A stretch of 64,000 nucleotides of DNA from Armatimonadota bacterium (GCA_041690135.1 JAWLHY010000001.1:608001-672000); one strand, 5' to 3'. Shown: positions 7,937 through 18,359, counted from the stretch's first letter. Made by a program: numbers and translations. The notes: generated by a model from the sequence alone, not told the origin.

Positions 7937-10900
7937 ATGGCGAGGGGGAGTGTAGGCGAGAGGATGCCGTTGGCGACGGTGCGTGGGAGGGGTTTCCGAT
8001 GGCTGGTAACCGCAGCGGTCATTTGCGTGGGGGTGGGGGGACTGGCTTCGGCGCAGAATGCCGGGGGGAAGAAGCCCCTGACCTACGCGGCCTACGATGG
8101 CTGGCGGTCGATCCAGGGCCAGCAGCTCTCTCGCGACGGGAAGTGGGTGGTCTATTCGCTGGCGCCGCAGGAGGGGAATGGCGAGCTGGTGGTGCGGAGC
8201 GTGGAGGGCAACACGGAGCACCGCCACCCGCGCGGCACCGGGGCGCAGTTCACGGCGGACGGCCGCTATGTGGTCTTTACTGTGGTCCCATCGAAGGCGG
8301 AGGCGGACGAGGCGAAAAAGAAGAAGACCCCCGCGGACCGCGCTCCCAAGAATGCGCTGGGTATCCTCACGCTGGCGGACGGCAAGGTGGTGGTGGTCCC
8401 TCGCATAAAGGGCTTCCGCCTCCCGGAAGAGGGGAGCCGGGCCGTGGCCTACCACCGGGAAGCGGGGGTGAAGGAGGCTCCCGCGTCGAAGCCTGCCGCT
8501 GCTTCAGGAGGAGATATCTCGGATGCTGAGCACGGTGAAGTGAATCAGGAGCGCAGTGCAACTGCGCACGAAGTTGCTTCCGGCAGTGCAACTGCCGGAC
8601 ATCCCTTTGGATCAGCTTGTCCCTTTCCGCGTGATTCCGTGTGCTCCGCGGGCAATACCGGTTCCTCTGATCCGCAGCATTGTGTGGAGATCTCGGAGGG
8701 TGCGGAGCGGGATCAGCCTGCCGCGGCAGAGAAGAAGCCGGAGAAGAAGAAGGACCCGGGAACGGAGCTGGTGGTGCGGGATCTGGCCTCCGGAAAGGAA
8801 GAAGTGGTTCCGGAGGTGGTCGATTACGCCTGGAACCGCGACGGGAGCTGGCTGGCCTATGCCGTCTCCTCGGCGACTCCCGTCAAGGACGGCGTCTACG
8901 CGCGCCGCGACCCGGACGGCTCCACGCGGGCGCTGCTGACGGGCACCGGCCACTATCGCAGCCTCCGGTTCGACGAGAAGGGAGCGCAACTCGCCTTCCT
9001 GAGCGACCGCGACGCTTACCAGGCGGAGACGCCGGCCTGGAAGCTGTACCACTGGGCCGTGAAGGCGGAGCGGGCGGCGGAGCTGGCCGGGTCCGGCACG
9101 CCGGGGGTGCCGAAGGGGTGGGTGATCAGCGAGCACCGCGGCCCCACCTTCTCGAAGGATGGGGAGCGCCTGTTCCTGGGCACAGCGCCCGCCCCGAAGG
9201 CCCGGCCAAAGGACGCGCCCGAAACGGTGAACGTCGACATCTGGCACTTCCGCGACCCCTACCTGCAGACGATGCAGAAGGTCCGCGCCGCAAGCGAGCG
9301 GAACCGGAGCTACCTGGCGGTGGTCCACCTCGACGGTCGCCGGCTGGTGCAGTTGGGCACGCCGGAGGTGCCGGACGTGCGCGCGACCGACGACGACACC
9401 TGGACGCTGGGCGACTCGGACCTGCCGTACCGGCAGCTCGTCTCCTGGGACGGCAGCTACAGCGACTACTACCTGGTGAGCCTCCGCGACGGCTCCCGAA
9501 AGAAGGTGGTCACCCGCAGCCGGAACGGCGCCACGCTCTCCCCCGGCGGGAAATACGCGCTTTACTTCGACGATGAGAAGGACGCCTACTTCACCTACCG
9601 CATCCGGGATGGGCGGGTCGTGAACCTGACGGAGAAGCTGGAGATTCCGCTGGTGATCGAGACGTGGGACAGCCCGGCCGAACCGGCGCCCTACGGCAGC
9701 GCGGGGTGGACCGAGGGCGACCGGTCGGTGGTGCTCTACGACCGGTACGATCTCTGGGAATTTCCGGCGGACGGCGGCGCCCCGCGGAGCGTCACCCGGG
9801 GGCAGGGGCGGTCCCGCAAGCTGGTGTTCCGCTACCAGCGGACCGATCCGGAAGAGCGTTTCCTTCCAAGCGCAGCACCGCTGCTGCTCCACGCCACCGA
9901 CGAACGGACCAAGGCCAGCGGCTACTACCGCGTCCCGCTCGCGGGAGACACGGAGCCCCAGCAAGCGGTGATGCTGGACAAGATGTTCACCGTGCTGGTG
10001 AAGGCGAAGGACGCGGACATCTTCCTCTATCGTCTGCAGCGGTTCGACGAATATCCAGACCTCTGGGTGAGCGATACCCGGTTCGGCGGCATGCGGAGGC
10101 TTTCGGAGGCCAATCCCCAGCAGGCGCAATATCTCTGGGGGAAGTCCGAACTGATCGACTTCCTCAGCCAGGATGGGAAGCCGCTCCAGGCGATCCTGAC
10201 CAAGCCGGAGAACTTCGACCCGCTGAAACGCTATCCGTTGATGGTCCACATCTACGAGCGGCGGTCGAACAACCTGCATGCGTACTGGACTCCGGCGCCG
10301 GGGACGAGCGTTAATCTTTCCCGCTACGCCAGCAACGGCTACCTGATCCTGCAGCCCGACATTGCCTACACGCCGGGCTATCCCGGTGAGAGCGCGATGA
10401 AGTGCGTCCTCCCCGCGATCCAGAAGGTCGTGGACCAGGGCATCGTCGATCCGGCCCGGATCGGGATCCAGGGCCACAGTTGGGGCGGGTACCAGATCTC
10501 CTATATGATCACTCGCACCAACCTGTTCCGCGCGGTGGAGGCCGGAGCATCGGTCACCAACATGGTCAGCGCTTACGGCGGCATTCGCTGGACGTCGGGG
10601 ATGTCCCGCGCTTTCCAGTATGAGAAAACTCAGAGCCGGATCGGGGGAGCCCCGTGGGAGCGGCCGCTACAGTACATCGAGAACTCCCCGGTCTTCTGGG
10701 CCGACAAGGTGCAAACGCCCTACCTCTCCATCCACAATGACGCCGATGGGGCGGTGCCGTGGTACCAGGGCATCGAGTTCTTCACGGCGCTACGCCGCCT
10801 GGGGAAGGAAGCCTACCTGTTCAACTACAACGGCGAGGACCACGGACTGCGCACGCGCCTGAACCAGAAACACTGGACGGTGCATATGGACGAGTTCTTC

Positions 10901-10999
10901 GACCATTACCTGAAGGGTGCGCCGCGTCCGGGGTGGATGGAGAATGGGGTGCCGTACCTGGAGCGAGGCACGCGGGATATTCAGGGAGTGTTTCGATGA
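7937..10999 (+). CDS. S9 family (prolyl oligopeptidase-like) peptidase, secreted
   Basis: Beta-propeller region, GHSWGG nucleophile, NDADGAV, EDHG; in-frame repeat-derived insert at about 8500-8710. Confidence 0.93.
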   Translation: MARGSVGERMPLATVRGRGFRWLVTAAVICVGVGGLASAQNAGGKKPLTYAAYDGWRSIQGQQLSRDGKWVVYSLAPQEGNGELVVRSVEGNTEHRHPRGTGAQFTADGRYVVFTVVPSKAEADEAKKKKTPADRAPKNALGILTLADGKVVVVPRIKGFRLPEEGSRAVAYHREAGVKEAPASKPAAASGGDISDAEHGEVNQERSATAHEVASGSATAGHPFGSACPFPRDSVCSAGNTGSSDPQHCVEISEGAERDQPAAAEKKPEKKKDPGTELVVRDLASGKEEVVPEVVDYAWNRDGSWLAYAVSSATPVKDGVYARRDPDGSTRALLTGTGHYRSLRFDEKGAQLAFLSDRDAYQAETPAWKLYHWAVKAERAAELAGSGTPGVPKGWVISEHRGPTFSKDGERLFLGTAPAPKARPKDAPETVNVDIWHFRDPYLQTMQKVRAASERNRSYLAVVHLDGRRLVQLGTPEVPDVRATDDDTWTLGDSDLPYRQLVSWDGSYSDYYLVSLRDGSRKKVVTRSRNGATLSPGGKYALYFDDEKDAYFTYRIRDGRVVNLTEKLEIPLVIETWDSPAEPAPYGSAGWTEGDRSVVLYDRYDLWEFPADGGAPRSVTRGQGRSRKLVFRYQRTDPEERFLPSAAPLLLHATDERTKASGYYRVPLAGDTEPQQAVMLDKMFTVLVKAKDADIFLYRLQRFDEYPDLWVSDTRFGGMRRLSEANPQQAQYLWGKSELIDFLSQDGKPLQAILTKPENFDPLKRYPLMVHIYERRSNNLHAYWTPAPGTSVNLSRYASNGYLILQPDIAYTPGYPGESAMKCVLPAIQKVVDQGIVDPARIGIQGHSWGGYQISYMITRTNLFRAVEAGASVTNMVSAYGGIRWTSGMSRAFQYEKTQSRIGGAPWERPLQYIENSPVFWADKVQTPYLSIHNDADGAVPWYQGIEFFTALRRLGKEAYLFNYNGEDHGLRTRLNQKHWTVHMDEFFDHYLKGAPRPGWMENGVPYLERGTRDIQGVFR

Positions 11000-11043
11000 G
11001 CGCCCGGTAAACCCCGAAGTGGTTCGCTCATCCACACGGTGCG

Positions 11044-11136
11044 TGGCTCTGTCGCCCCTCCGGGGCTCTTGGATACGGGTGTCCGGTCCGGGGGTTTGCA
11101 CCCCCGGCTATTTTCTTGCCGCCCCTCCGGGGCTAC
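11044..11136 (-). repeat. REP-like element, family A
   Basis: Reverse-orientation copy of 5239-5333, between convergent genes. Confidence 0.85.
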
Positions 11137-11204
11137 CGATCGGCCCATGCCGAAAGCTGCCCCACCCAACCAGTGAACCTTGGAGGTTCTCTACGATCCG
11201 GTTT

Positions 11205-12068
11205 TCAATCGCGGGGGGTTTCGGTCATTTCCGCTTCGACGGCTTTGGTGATCTCGCGGTACGCCTTGCGGTCGTCCACCGCGAACCAGGTTTCGTGGCT
11301 GATGACCATGGCGCCGAGGCGGCCGGCATCCGCCCAGCGGGGGAAGACATCCCGCTCGAAGTGCCCCTGGCCGCCGTGTTCGCGCATGGCGGCCAGACCT
11401 TCGGGGGTGAGGACAGTGATGCCGGCATGGGCGGGAACGGGCACGAACGGGTACATCTCTACCGTGCTCACACGCAGGCCGTCCACGCTCACGCCCGTGT
11501 AGGGGAACTTGAAGCCGTCCACCACGGCGAGCGTCGCCACGGCACTCAGATCCCGCACGGCGGCCAGGTGGGTCCGCAGCAGGTCCTCGGCGAAGTTGCC
11601 GCGGTAGCCCACGATCTGGTTGTCCGCATTATGGATGATCACGGGGGAGTGGGTGGGGAGCGTGCCGTTCTCCACGGCGTGGAGAATGGCGCCCGTGCGG
11701 CCGCTGCCGGTGGCCTGCGGGTCGTAGCTGCACTTGACGTCCACGCCCCAGCGGGAGCCGCCGTCGAGATGACGCTCCACGGCCTCTCCCTCGTAGTTCA
11801 CCAGGGCCACGAAGCGGCGGAAGCCAGCCGCCACGTATTGGCCAATGACCCGGTCGATCAACGTATCGCCGCTGGGAAGCGGGAGCAGGCACTTCTGGGC
11901 GCCGGGACCGCTGTCCTGCCCCACGGCGCGCATCCGGAACCCGAACCCGCCTGCCGGCAGTACCACGATGGTTTGGGCAGCTCCAAGCTTTTGATCCAGT
12001 TCCGGCAGGGCGACCTCTTCGACCGGCCGGAGAAGGGCGGCCGAGAGTTTCATCAGTTCTTCCCGCAT
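11205..12068 (-). CDS. Sugar-phosphate nucleotidyltransferase family protein
   Basis: VLPAGGFGFRM...KCLLPL, GSRWGVDV, GRTGAI. Confidence 0.8.
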   Translation of the reverse strand: MREELMKLSAALLRPVEEVALPELDQKLGAAQTIVVLPAGGFGFRMRAVGQDSGPGAQKCLLPLPSGDTLIDRVIGQYVAAGFRRFVALVNYEGEAVERHLDGGSRWGVDVKCSYDPQATGSGRTGAILHAVENGTLPTHSPVIIHNADNQIVGYRGNFAEDLLRTHLAAVRDLSAVATLAVVDGFKFPYTGVSVDGLRVSTVEMYPFVPVPAHAGITVLTPEGLAAMREHGGQGHFERDVFPRWADAGRLGAMVISHETWFAVDDRKAYREITKAVEAEMTETPRD

Positions 12069-12105
12069 CGATCGTGATCTCCCGTGTCCGGGCCGCGCCC
12101 GGTCC

Positions 12106-13893
12106 TTACATCTGCTCCAGCACCTCGATCCCGAGGAGGCCCAGGCCGGTCTTCAGCGTCCGGGCCGTCAGGTCGCAGAGCCGCAGCCGGCTCATCCGCA
12201 CCGCTTCCGGCTCGGCGTCGATGATCCGCACGCCGTGCCTCCGGTCGTAGAAGGTGCTGAACGCCCGGCTCAGCGTGTACAGGTAATCGGTCAGGTGGTG
12301 CGGGCGGAGTTCCCGCGCCGTCTGCTGGACCACGCCGGTAAAGTTCAGCAGTTCCTTCGCCAGGGCGATCTCGCTCTCGTGTTCGAGCACGATCGGCAGG
12401 TCGGCCGGAAGCTGGTCGAAGTCGACGCCCGCCTTGCGGCCGATGCTCCGGACCCGCGCATAGGCGTAGAGCATGTAGGGCGCCGTGTTGCCCTCCAGCG
12501 CGAGCATCGTGTCCCAGTCGAATACGTAGTCGCTGGCGGCATTGTGGCTCAGGTCCGCGTACTTCACGGAACTGATCCCCACCACGCGGGCGATCTCGCG
12601 CTTCTGCGCTTCGGTCAACTCGCCGCGCCGGGCCTCATCCTGGTCCACGACGGCGTAGGACCGCTCCTGGGCCTCGTGCAGCAGGTCCACCAGCTTGACC
12701 GTGTCGCCGGATCGGGTCTTGAACGGCTTCTTGTCCTCCCCCAGCACCATTCCGAACCCGACGTGCTCCAGGGAGACCTGCTCCGGCACCCAGCCGGCCT
12801 TGCGTGCCGCCTGGAACACCATCTGGAAGTGGTTGGACTGGCGCACGTCGGTCACGTAGATGATCCGGTCCGCATGTTCCACGCCGATCCGGTGTCGGAT
12901 GCCCGCCAGGTCGGTGGTGTCGTAGTTGTAGCCACCGTCGGATTTCCGCACGATCATCGGCAGCGGTTGGCCTTCCTTGTTGGTCCAGCCTTCCAGGAAG
13001 ACGCAGGCCGCACCCTGGTCCTCGACCAACATACCCTGTTGCTCCAGGCCGGAGACCACCTCCGGCAGCAGCGGATTGTAGAAGCTCTCACCGCGGGTCT
13101 GGAGTTGCCCGGACCCGCTCCCGACGGCAATGCCCAGCAGGTCGTACACTTCCTGGGCGTGGCGCATCGACTCTGCACAGAGGGCGGTCCAGAGGATCCG
13201 CGCCTGCGGGTCGCCGGACTGGAGGTCGACCACGGCTTTCCGCGCCCGCTCCTGGAAGCCGGGATCCGCATCGAAGCGCGCCTTCGCCGCCCGGTAGAAC
13301 TGCTCCAACTCCTGCACGTGGAAGGCCTCGGGGTTCTCCACGGCCTCCGGGTTTTCCTCGCGGAGGTACTGGATCAGCATCCCGAACTGGGTGCCCCAGT
13401 CGCCGATGTGGTTGAGCCGCAGCACGTCGTGCCCCTGGAAATCCAGGAGCCGCGCAATGCTGTCGCCGATGATGGTGGAGCGCAGGTGGCCGACGTGCAT
13501 CTCCTTCGCCACGTTGGGGCTGGAGTAGTCCACCACCACGCGCCGCGGTTGGGACGCGCGCTCGGCTCCCAGGTAGGGGTCCGCCTGGAGTTTCTGCACC
13601 TGTTCAGTCAGGAAATCGGTCCGAAGCTTGAAATTGATGAAGCCGGGGCCCGCGATCTCCGGGGCCTCGCACATGCCGCTGAGTTGGAGCGCTTCCACCA
13701 GGCTCTCGGCGATCTCACGCGGCTTACGACCCAGACGCTTGGCCAGCCCGAGGGCAACGTTGGACTGGTAATCACCGAAGCGTGGGTCCTGCGTGGGGCG
13801 CACGACCGGGTCGATCTCGGAGCCTTCCGGACCGACGACCTGAACCAGGGCCTGGGAAACGGCCTCTTCGAGCTGTTGTCTGATGCTCTTCAT
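12106..13893 (-). CDS. argS: Arginine--tRNA ligase
   Basis: FGDYQSN, DYSSPNVAKEMHVGHLRSTIIGD, NHIGDWGTQFG, KTRSG, GNTAPYMLYAYAR. Confidence 0.98.
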   Translation of the reverse strand: MKSIRQQLEEAVSQALVQVVGPEGSEIDPVVRPTQDPRFGDYQSNVALGLAKRLGRKPREIAESLVEALQLSGMCEAPEIAGPGFINFKLRTDFLTEQVQKLQADPYLGAERASQPRRVVVDYSSPNVAKEMHVGHLRSTIIGDSIARLLDFQGHDVLRLNHIGDWGTQFGMLIQYLREENPEAVENPEAFHVQELEQFYRAAKARFDADPGFQERARKAVVDLQSGDPQARILWTALCAESMRHAQEVYDLLGIAVGSGSGQLQTRGESFYNPLLPEVVSGLEQQGMLVEDQGAACVFLEGWTNKEGQPLPMIVRKSDGGYNYDTTDLAGIRHRIGVEHADRIIYVTDVRQSNHFQMVFQAARKAGWVPEQVSLEHVGFGMVLGEDKKPFKTRSGDTVKLVDLLHEAQERSYAVVDQDEARRGELTEAQKREIARVVGISSVKYADLSHNAASDYVFDWDTMLALEGNTAPYMLYAYARVRSIGRKAGVDFDQLPADLPIVLEHESEIALAKELLNFTGVVQQTARELRPHHLTDYLYTLSRAFSTFYDRRHGVRIIDAEPEAVRMSRLRLCDLTARTLKTGLGLLGIEVLEQM

Positions 13894-14008
13894 CGCACCG
13901 ACACGATACCAGTTTGTCCGCCCACCCCGCAACAAGGCGGCGTGTTCAATGTTCGTTCGGGATGGTCAATGGGGCATTTGCCTTGCGGGTTCGGATTCCA
14001 TCGTTGGC

Positions 14009-14076
14009 GCGGAGTCCCACACGGCAAGACGGGTACGCGCCCGTGACCCGGCAGGCATCGGAGAGCCTGCCCTACA
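14009..14076 (-). repeat. GTAG-type REP-like element, family B
   Basis: CACACGGCAAGACGGG...GGCAGGCATCGGAGAGCCTGCCCTAC; close copy at 29928-29994. Confidence 0.8.
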
Positions 14077-14178
14077 TCTACTGGTGCGGTGACAGAGGCC
14101 ATCCCGTTCTCCGGGGGCGATACTATCGGTGGTGCAGAATGGGTGCCAATAAGTGGACGATGCGCGGCAAGTGGTTCG

Positions 14179-15327
14179 TCAGGAGGCTTTGATCTTCCTG
14201 ACTTCGATGTCCGATCGGGCGAGGAGCTCGGGGGTGAGCTCCATGCCGAGGCCGGGGGCTTCGGGGATGGGGAGGAAGCCGTCCTTCGCGGGCAGGGTGT
14301 CGGTCACCAGTCCAACGTACTCCTTCAGGTAGTGTCGCCGCACGCTCTCGCAGATGAAGAGGTTGGGGACGTGGGCCGCCAGATGGATGGAGGCGGCGTG
14401 CTGGATGGGGCCGCCGCAGTTGTGGGGGCAGATCGGCAGGTAGTAGGTGTCCGCCAGCGCCGCGATCTTCCGCGCCTCGGTGAAGCCGCCGCACCAGCAG
14501 ATGTCCGGCATCAGGAACTGCGCCGCGCCGTTCTCCACCAGTTCCCGGAACTGGTAGCGGGTCATCAGCCGCTCGGAGAGGCAGAGGGGCTGGCGAACCA
14601 GCCGCGACAGCCGGGTGTACGCCTCGGCGTTATCCTGGGGAAGCATCTCCTCGAGCCACATGATGTTGTAGGGCTCGAGCATCTTCGCGATCTTCACGGC
14701 CGAAGGGAGATTCCAGTACCCGTGGAACTCCATGGCGATCTCCATGTCGTCGCCGACGGCCTCGTAGATCTGCTCCACGGGCGCCAGGCCTTCCAGCAGG
14801 TCCTGTTTGGTGACGTACTGCCCGCGGTTCCGCAGCCCGGCGGGGTCGAACGGCCAGATCTTCATCGCGCTGATGCCGCTGTTCAGGAGGTCTTCGGCCA
14901 GCTTCCCGGCGTGGGTGTTGAAGTCCCACACGTGGTCGTAGCAGGTGTTGTAGGTGCGGATGCGGTCCCGGCACTTCCCGCCCAGCATGCGCCACACCGG
15001 CTGCCCCGCGGCTTTGCCCGCCAGGTCCCACAGGGCGATGTCGATGGCGGAGATGGCGCGCATCTCCGCCCCGGCCCAGCCGGGATAGCTGACGGCCAGG
15101 AACATCTCCTGCCACAGCCGCTCGATATCGCGCGCATCCTGGCCCAGCAGCACGCGGGAGAGATGCTTCTCGATGATGGCGCGCTCGCCCTCACCGCTGG
15201 GGAAGGTCTCGCCCAGGCCGACGATCCCCTCGTCGGTGTGGATACGCACCCAGAGCCAGGCGACCCGCCCGGCGTGGACGACGACGCCCGTGGGGTAGAG
15301 GATGGTTTCAATGGCGGTGATCTTCAT
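14179..15327 (-). CDS. Mandelate racemase/muconate lactonizing enzyme family (acid-sugar dehydratase-like)
   Basis: VRIHTDEGIVGLGE, AIDIALWDLAGK, WLEE, CPHN. Confidence 0.92.
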   Translation of the reverse strand: MKITAIETILYPTGVVVHAGRVAWLWVRIHTDEGIVGLGETFPSGEGERAIIEKHLSRVLLGQDARDIERLWQEMFLAVSYPGWAGAEMRAISAIDIALWDLAGKAAGQPVWRMLGGKCRDRIRTYNTCYDHVWDFNTHAGKLAEDLLNSGISAMKIWPFDPAGLRNRGQYVTKQDLLEGLAPVEQIYEAVGDDMEIAMEFHGYWNLPSAVKIAKMLEPYNIMWLEEMLPQDNAEAYTRLSRLVRQPLCLSERLMTRYQFRELVENGAAQFLMPDICWCGGFTEARKIAALADTYYLPICPHNCGGPIQHAASIHLAAHVPNLFICESVRRHYLKEYVGLVTDTLPAKDGFLPIPEAPGLGMELTPELLARSDIEVRKIKAS

Positions 15328-15455
15328 GGAGGCGGTTGCGCGCGGGGGAAACAGCCGGCGTCTCCGGTGAAGTTCGCGGCAGCCGCCGGGAACTCCCTTC
15401 CGGCCGTCGGCAAATGGCGTCGTTTCATGAAAGACTCATCATGGAGGGCCCGCCG

Positions 15456-16247
15456 ATGCCGTCGCCATTTCCGGGAATGGCCCCCTACATCGAAGGCCAG
15501 GAGTGGGAAGACTTTCACTTCCGGTTCATCAACGCCATCGCCGACAGGCTGGCTCCAGGGCTGCGGCCCCGCTACTTTGCGCGCGTGGAGAAGCGAGTCT
15601 ACCTGGAGCACACGCAGGACGGTGGGCCACGCCGGGTCCGGCCGGACCTGGCTATTGGGAGGAGGCCGGGAGCACCTCGCCCACAGCCCGGTGCGGGAAC
15701 GGCAACGGCCCCGCCGCCCTTCGAGATTCCGCAGTTGGTGCCCGAAGAGATCGAGGAGCCCTTCCTCGAGATTCGCACCGTGGATGGCCACGAGGTGATT
15801 GCCGTGGTCGAGGTCCTCTCGCCAACCAACAAGCGGGCGGGAAGCGATGGGCGGCGGGAGTACCTGGTAAGGCGCGAGACCGTGATGCGGGGCTCCGCCC
15901 ACCTCATCGAGCTGGATCTGCTGCGGAGCGGCGAGCGCGTACCCATGGCGAAACCGCTTCCGCCTCTGGAATACTACGCTCTTGTCTCACGGGCTGAACG
16001 CCGTCCCGTGGCGGAGATCTGGCCCATTCGCCTCCGCGACCCTTTCCCGGAGGTTCCGGTTCCCCTGGCGGGTGACGATCCGGCCCTGCCGCTCGATCTT
16101 CAGGCGGTATTCAACACCGTGTATGAGCGCGCGGGTTACGGCTACTCGCTGGACTATACGCGTGGAACGGTTCCACCCCTGAATTCCCAGGACCTCGCCT
16201 GGGCCCAGGAGATCACACTTCCGCTGCGCCGCGGGAATAATGAGTAA
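15456..16247 (+). CDS. DUF4058 family protein (PD-(D/E)xK-like)
   Basis: MPSPFPGMAPYIE, EVLSPTNK, HLIELDLLRSG, LDLQA. Confidence 0.88.
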   Translation: MPSPFPGMAPYIEGQEWEDFHFRFINAIADRLAPGLRPRYFARVEKRVYLEHTQDGGPRRVRPDLAIGRRPGAPRPQPGAGTATAPPPFEIPQLVPEEIEEPFLEIRTVDGHEVIAVVEVLSPTNKRAGSDGRREYLVRRETVMRGSAHLIELDLLRSGERVPMAKPLPPLEYYALVSRAERRPVAEIWPIRLRDPFPEVPVPLAGDDPALPLDLQAVFNTVYERAGYGYSLDYTRGTVPPLNSQDLAWAQEITLPLRRGNNE

Positions 16248-16379
16248 CAGGGAAGGCGCTTGTTCTGCAATCTGTTCCCTGCCGGCGGAAGAATCAGGGA
16301 ACCGCCGGCCCTCCATCCGGCACTTTATCTTCGGAAAATGAACTTCCGGGCCTACCGGACCTGAATGAAAGTAGAACCG

Positions 16380-16904
16380 ATGAACCGACGCAGGTTTTTG
16401 ACTTCGATAACTCTCCTCCCGCTGGCCGCCGTGCCGGCCCTGGCCGCGGGCAAGAAGATCGCCGTGCTCCCGGCCGCCGTTACCGTAGGGCGGGGCGAGA
16501 ATGGGAATGTGGTCACGGAAGCGCTCCGCGCCCGGTTGAGCCGGATCGGCTTCGAAGTGGTGTCCGCACAGCGCGTGGCAAGCGCCATGCGCTCGCGCCG
16601 GATGGACCTGACGCAGCCGCAGGCCGTGCAGGACCTGGCCGCGCTGCGAGAAGAGCTGGGTGTGGATTTTGTGGTGTATCCGCGCGTGCTGAACGTGGGC
16701 AAGAGCCTGGCCGGCAACGAGTTCCAGGCGAACATACTCGTGAACATCGCGGGCAAGTCGCGGTCCGGTTTCGCGCACACGCGGCAGGTGGGGCAGGTCT
16801 TCAACCCCCGCGGCGCCAGGCCGGAAAGCGCCGTCATCGGGAAGAGCGAAGCAGACCAGGCGGCGACGAAGCTGCTGTCCGGGTTCGAGTCGCGGGCGAA
16901 GTAG
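16380..16904 (+). CDS. Exported hypothetical protein with Tat-like signal
   Basis: MNRRRFL plus hydrophobic stretch and ALA; typical codon usage. Confidence 0.7.
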   Translation: MNRRRFLTSITLLPLAAVPALAAGKKIAVLPAAVTVGRGENGNVVTEALRARLSRIGFEVVSAQRVASAMRSRRMDLTQPQAVQDLAALREELGVDFVVYPRVLNVGKSLAGNEFQANILVNIAGKSRSGFAHTRQVGQVFNPRGARPESAVIGKSEADQAATKLLSGFESRAK

Positions 16905-17036
16905 CCGGAGTGCTGGGATTTTCAGGTTTCGGTGCGACCCGAACCAGGGAAGGAAGGCTCACCCAGGGCGGGTGAAACGGACGGTATCGGGGTATAGGGG
17001 TGCTGAGGCTGATAGGCCAGTAAGGGAGGTAGGACC

Positions 17037-17225
17037 ATGATGGACAGGCTGCAGCGTAACCAGCAACGGAGCTGGCACTGGCGCGAGTGTCAGGACGATC
17101 TGACGGCTGCCTGGATGTATGACAAGCCTCGCGATCCTTCGATGGGGCAGGGGTGGTTCGATCCGCGCACGAACTGCCTTCACATCTGGAACGGTTGGGA
17201 ATGGGTGTGCGTACCCGCGGACTGA
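17037..17225 (+). CDS. Small Trp-rich hypothetical protein
   Basis: RBS GGAGGTAGGA; PxxGQGWFDxxTxxLHIWNGxxW motif. Confidence 0.65.
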   Translation: MMDRLQRNQQRSWHWRECQDDLTAAWMYDKPRDPSMGQGWFDPRTNCLHIWNGWEWVCVPAD

Positions 17226-17430
17226 TCCATTTCCGTTACCGGGCTTCCGCCCTTCGGGCTTTTGGCCCGCCGGGCAGGGTTAGCGGAGGAACGGGACAGG
17301 CAGTTGAAACGGGCGCCGGGCCGCGAGGTCCGGCGTTCGATGCTTTCTGTCCCGGGGGCCCTCCGCAGCCGGTCGCGATAGAATAGCGGGGACCCACCGG
17401 CGCGACCGGGCGCAAAAGGAGCGGTAACGG

Positions 17431-18222
17431 ATGACGGATGTCGAGTTCGTGCGGGACCTGGCGGAGCGGGCGGGCGCATTGGCGCTTTCGGCATCGCGTT
17501 CCCTCCAGCGGGAGTACAAGGCGGACCAGTCGCTGGTGACGCACGTCGACCGCCGGATCGAGGAACTGATCCGCCAGGAGCTCTCCCGCCGCTTCCCGGA
17601 CGACGCCATCTACGGTGAGGAAGAGGGGGGAGACCCCTTCGCAGCCGAGCGCCTCTGGATCATCGACCCGATCGACGGCACGACGAATATGGTCTACGGG
17701 CTTCCCATCTGGGGCGTTTCGGTCGGGCTGGCGATCGGCGGAAAGCCGGCGATGGGCGCGTTCCACCTGCCCCGGCTGGAGGAGACCTACTGGTTCGAGG
17801 CCGGCGCGGGCGCCTATCGGAACGACGAGCGGCTCCGCGTGCAGGACACCGGCCCGCTGCACCAGGAAGACACCATCGGGATCGGTAGCGAAGCGATCTT
17901 CGTGGTGGAGCTGGACCATTTCGTCGGCCGGCAGCGGAACCTCGGGAGCCTCGCGGCCCACTGGTGCTTTACCGGCAGCGGCGCTCTCCGCGCCAACGTG
18001 AGCGTGCGGGACCGCCTCCACGACCTCGGCGCCGCCTACGGCGTGGCGGTGGAAGCCGGCTGCTCGGTGGAATACCTGGACGGCGGCGAGATGCCGTTCT
18101 CCACCTTCCTACATACGCCCCTAAACCTCCGACCGCTGGTGGTCGGCCCGGCCGAAACCCTCGAGCGTTTGCGCCGAGTCCTCCGCGAGCGACCCAGCGG
18201 TATCGACACGCTGGGCGAGTAA
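17431..18222 (+). CDS. Inositol monophosphatase family protein
   Basis: YGEE, WIIDPIDGTTN. Confidence 0.9.
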   Translation: MTDVEFVRDLAERAGALALSASRSLQREYKADQSLVTHVDRRIEELIRQELSRRFPDDAIYGEEEGGDPFAAERLWIIDPIDGTTNMVYGLPIWGVSVGLAIGGKPAMGAFHLPRLEETYWFEAGAGAYRNDERLRVQDTGPLHQEDTIGIGSEAIFVVELDHFVGRQRNLGSLAAHWCFTGSGALRANVSVRDRLHDLGAAYGVAVEAGCSVEYLDGGEMPFSTFLHTPLNLRPLVVGPAETLERLRRVLRERPSGIDTLGE

Positions 18223-18359
18223 GCGCGGTTTTCGCAAAGAACCTGCAACTTCCCCTCCGCTCACCGCTCCCATTCGTCTGACTGTAGGGTGTGCGCCATT
18301 ACCGGTGCGACCTTCACGTCTCCAGTTTACCAGCTGACGTGGGACAGCGGAGGTGGGCG

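Noticed and set aside
12235-14046. Long antisense ORFs (e.g. 603 aa opposite argS, 621 aa opposite the S9 peptidase, 569 aa at 14089, 540 aa at 40732)
   Set aside because: Shadow ORFs expected from high GC3 codon bias; no motifs
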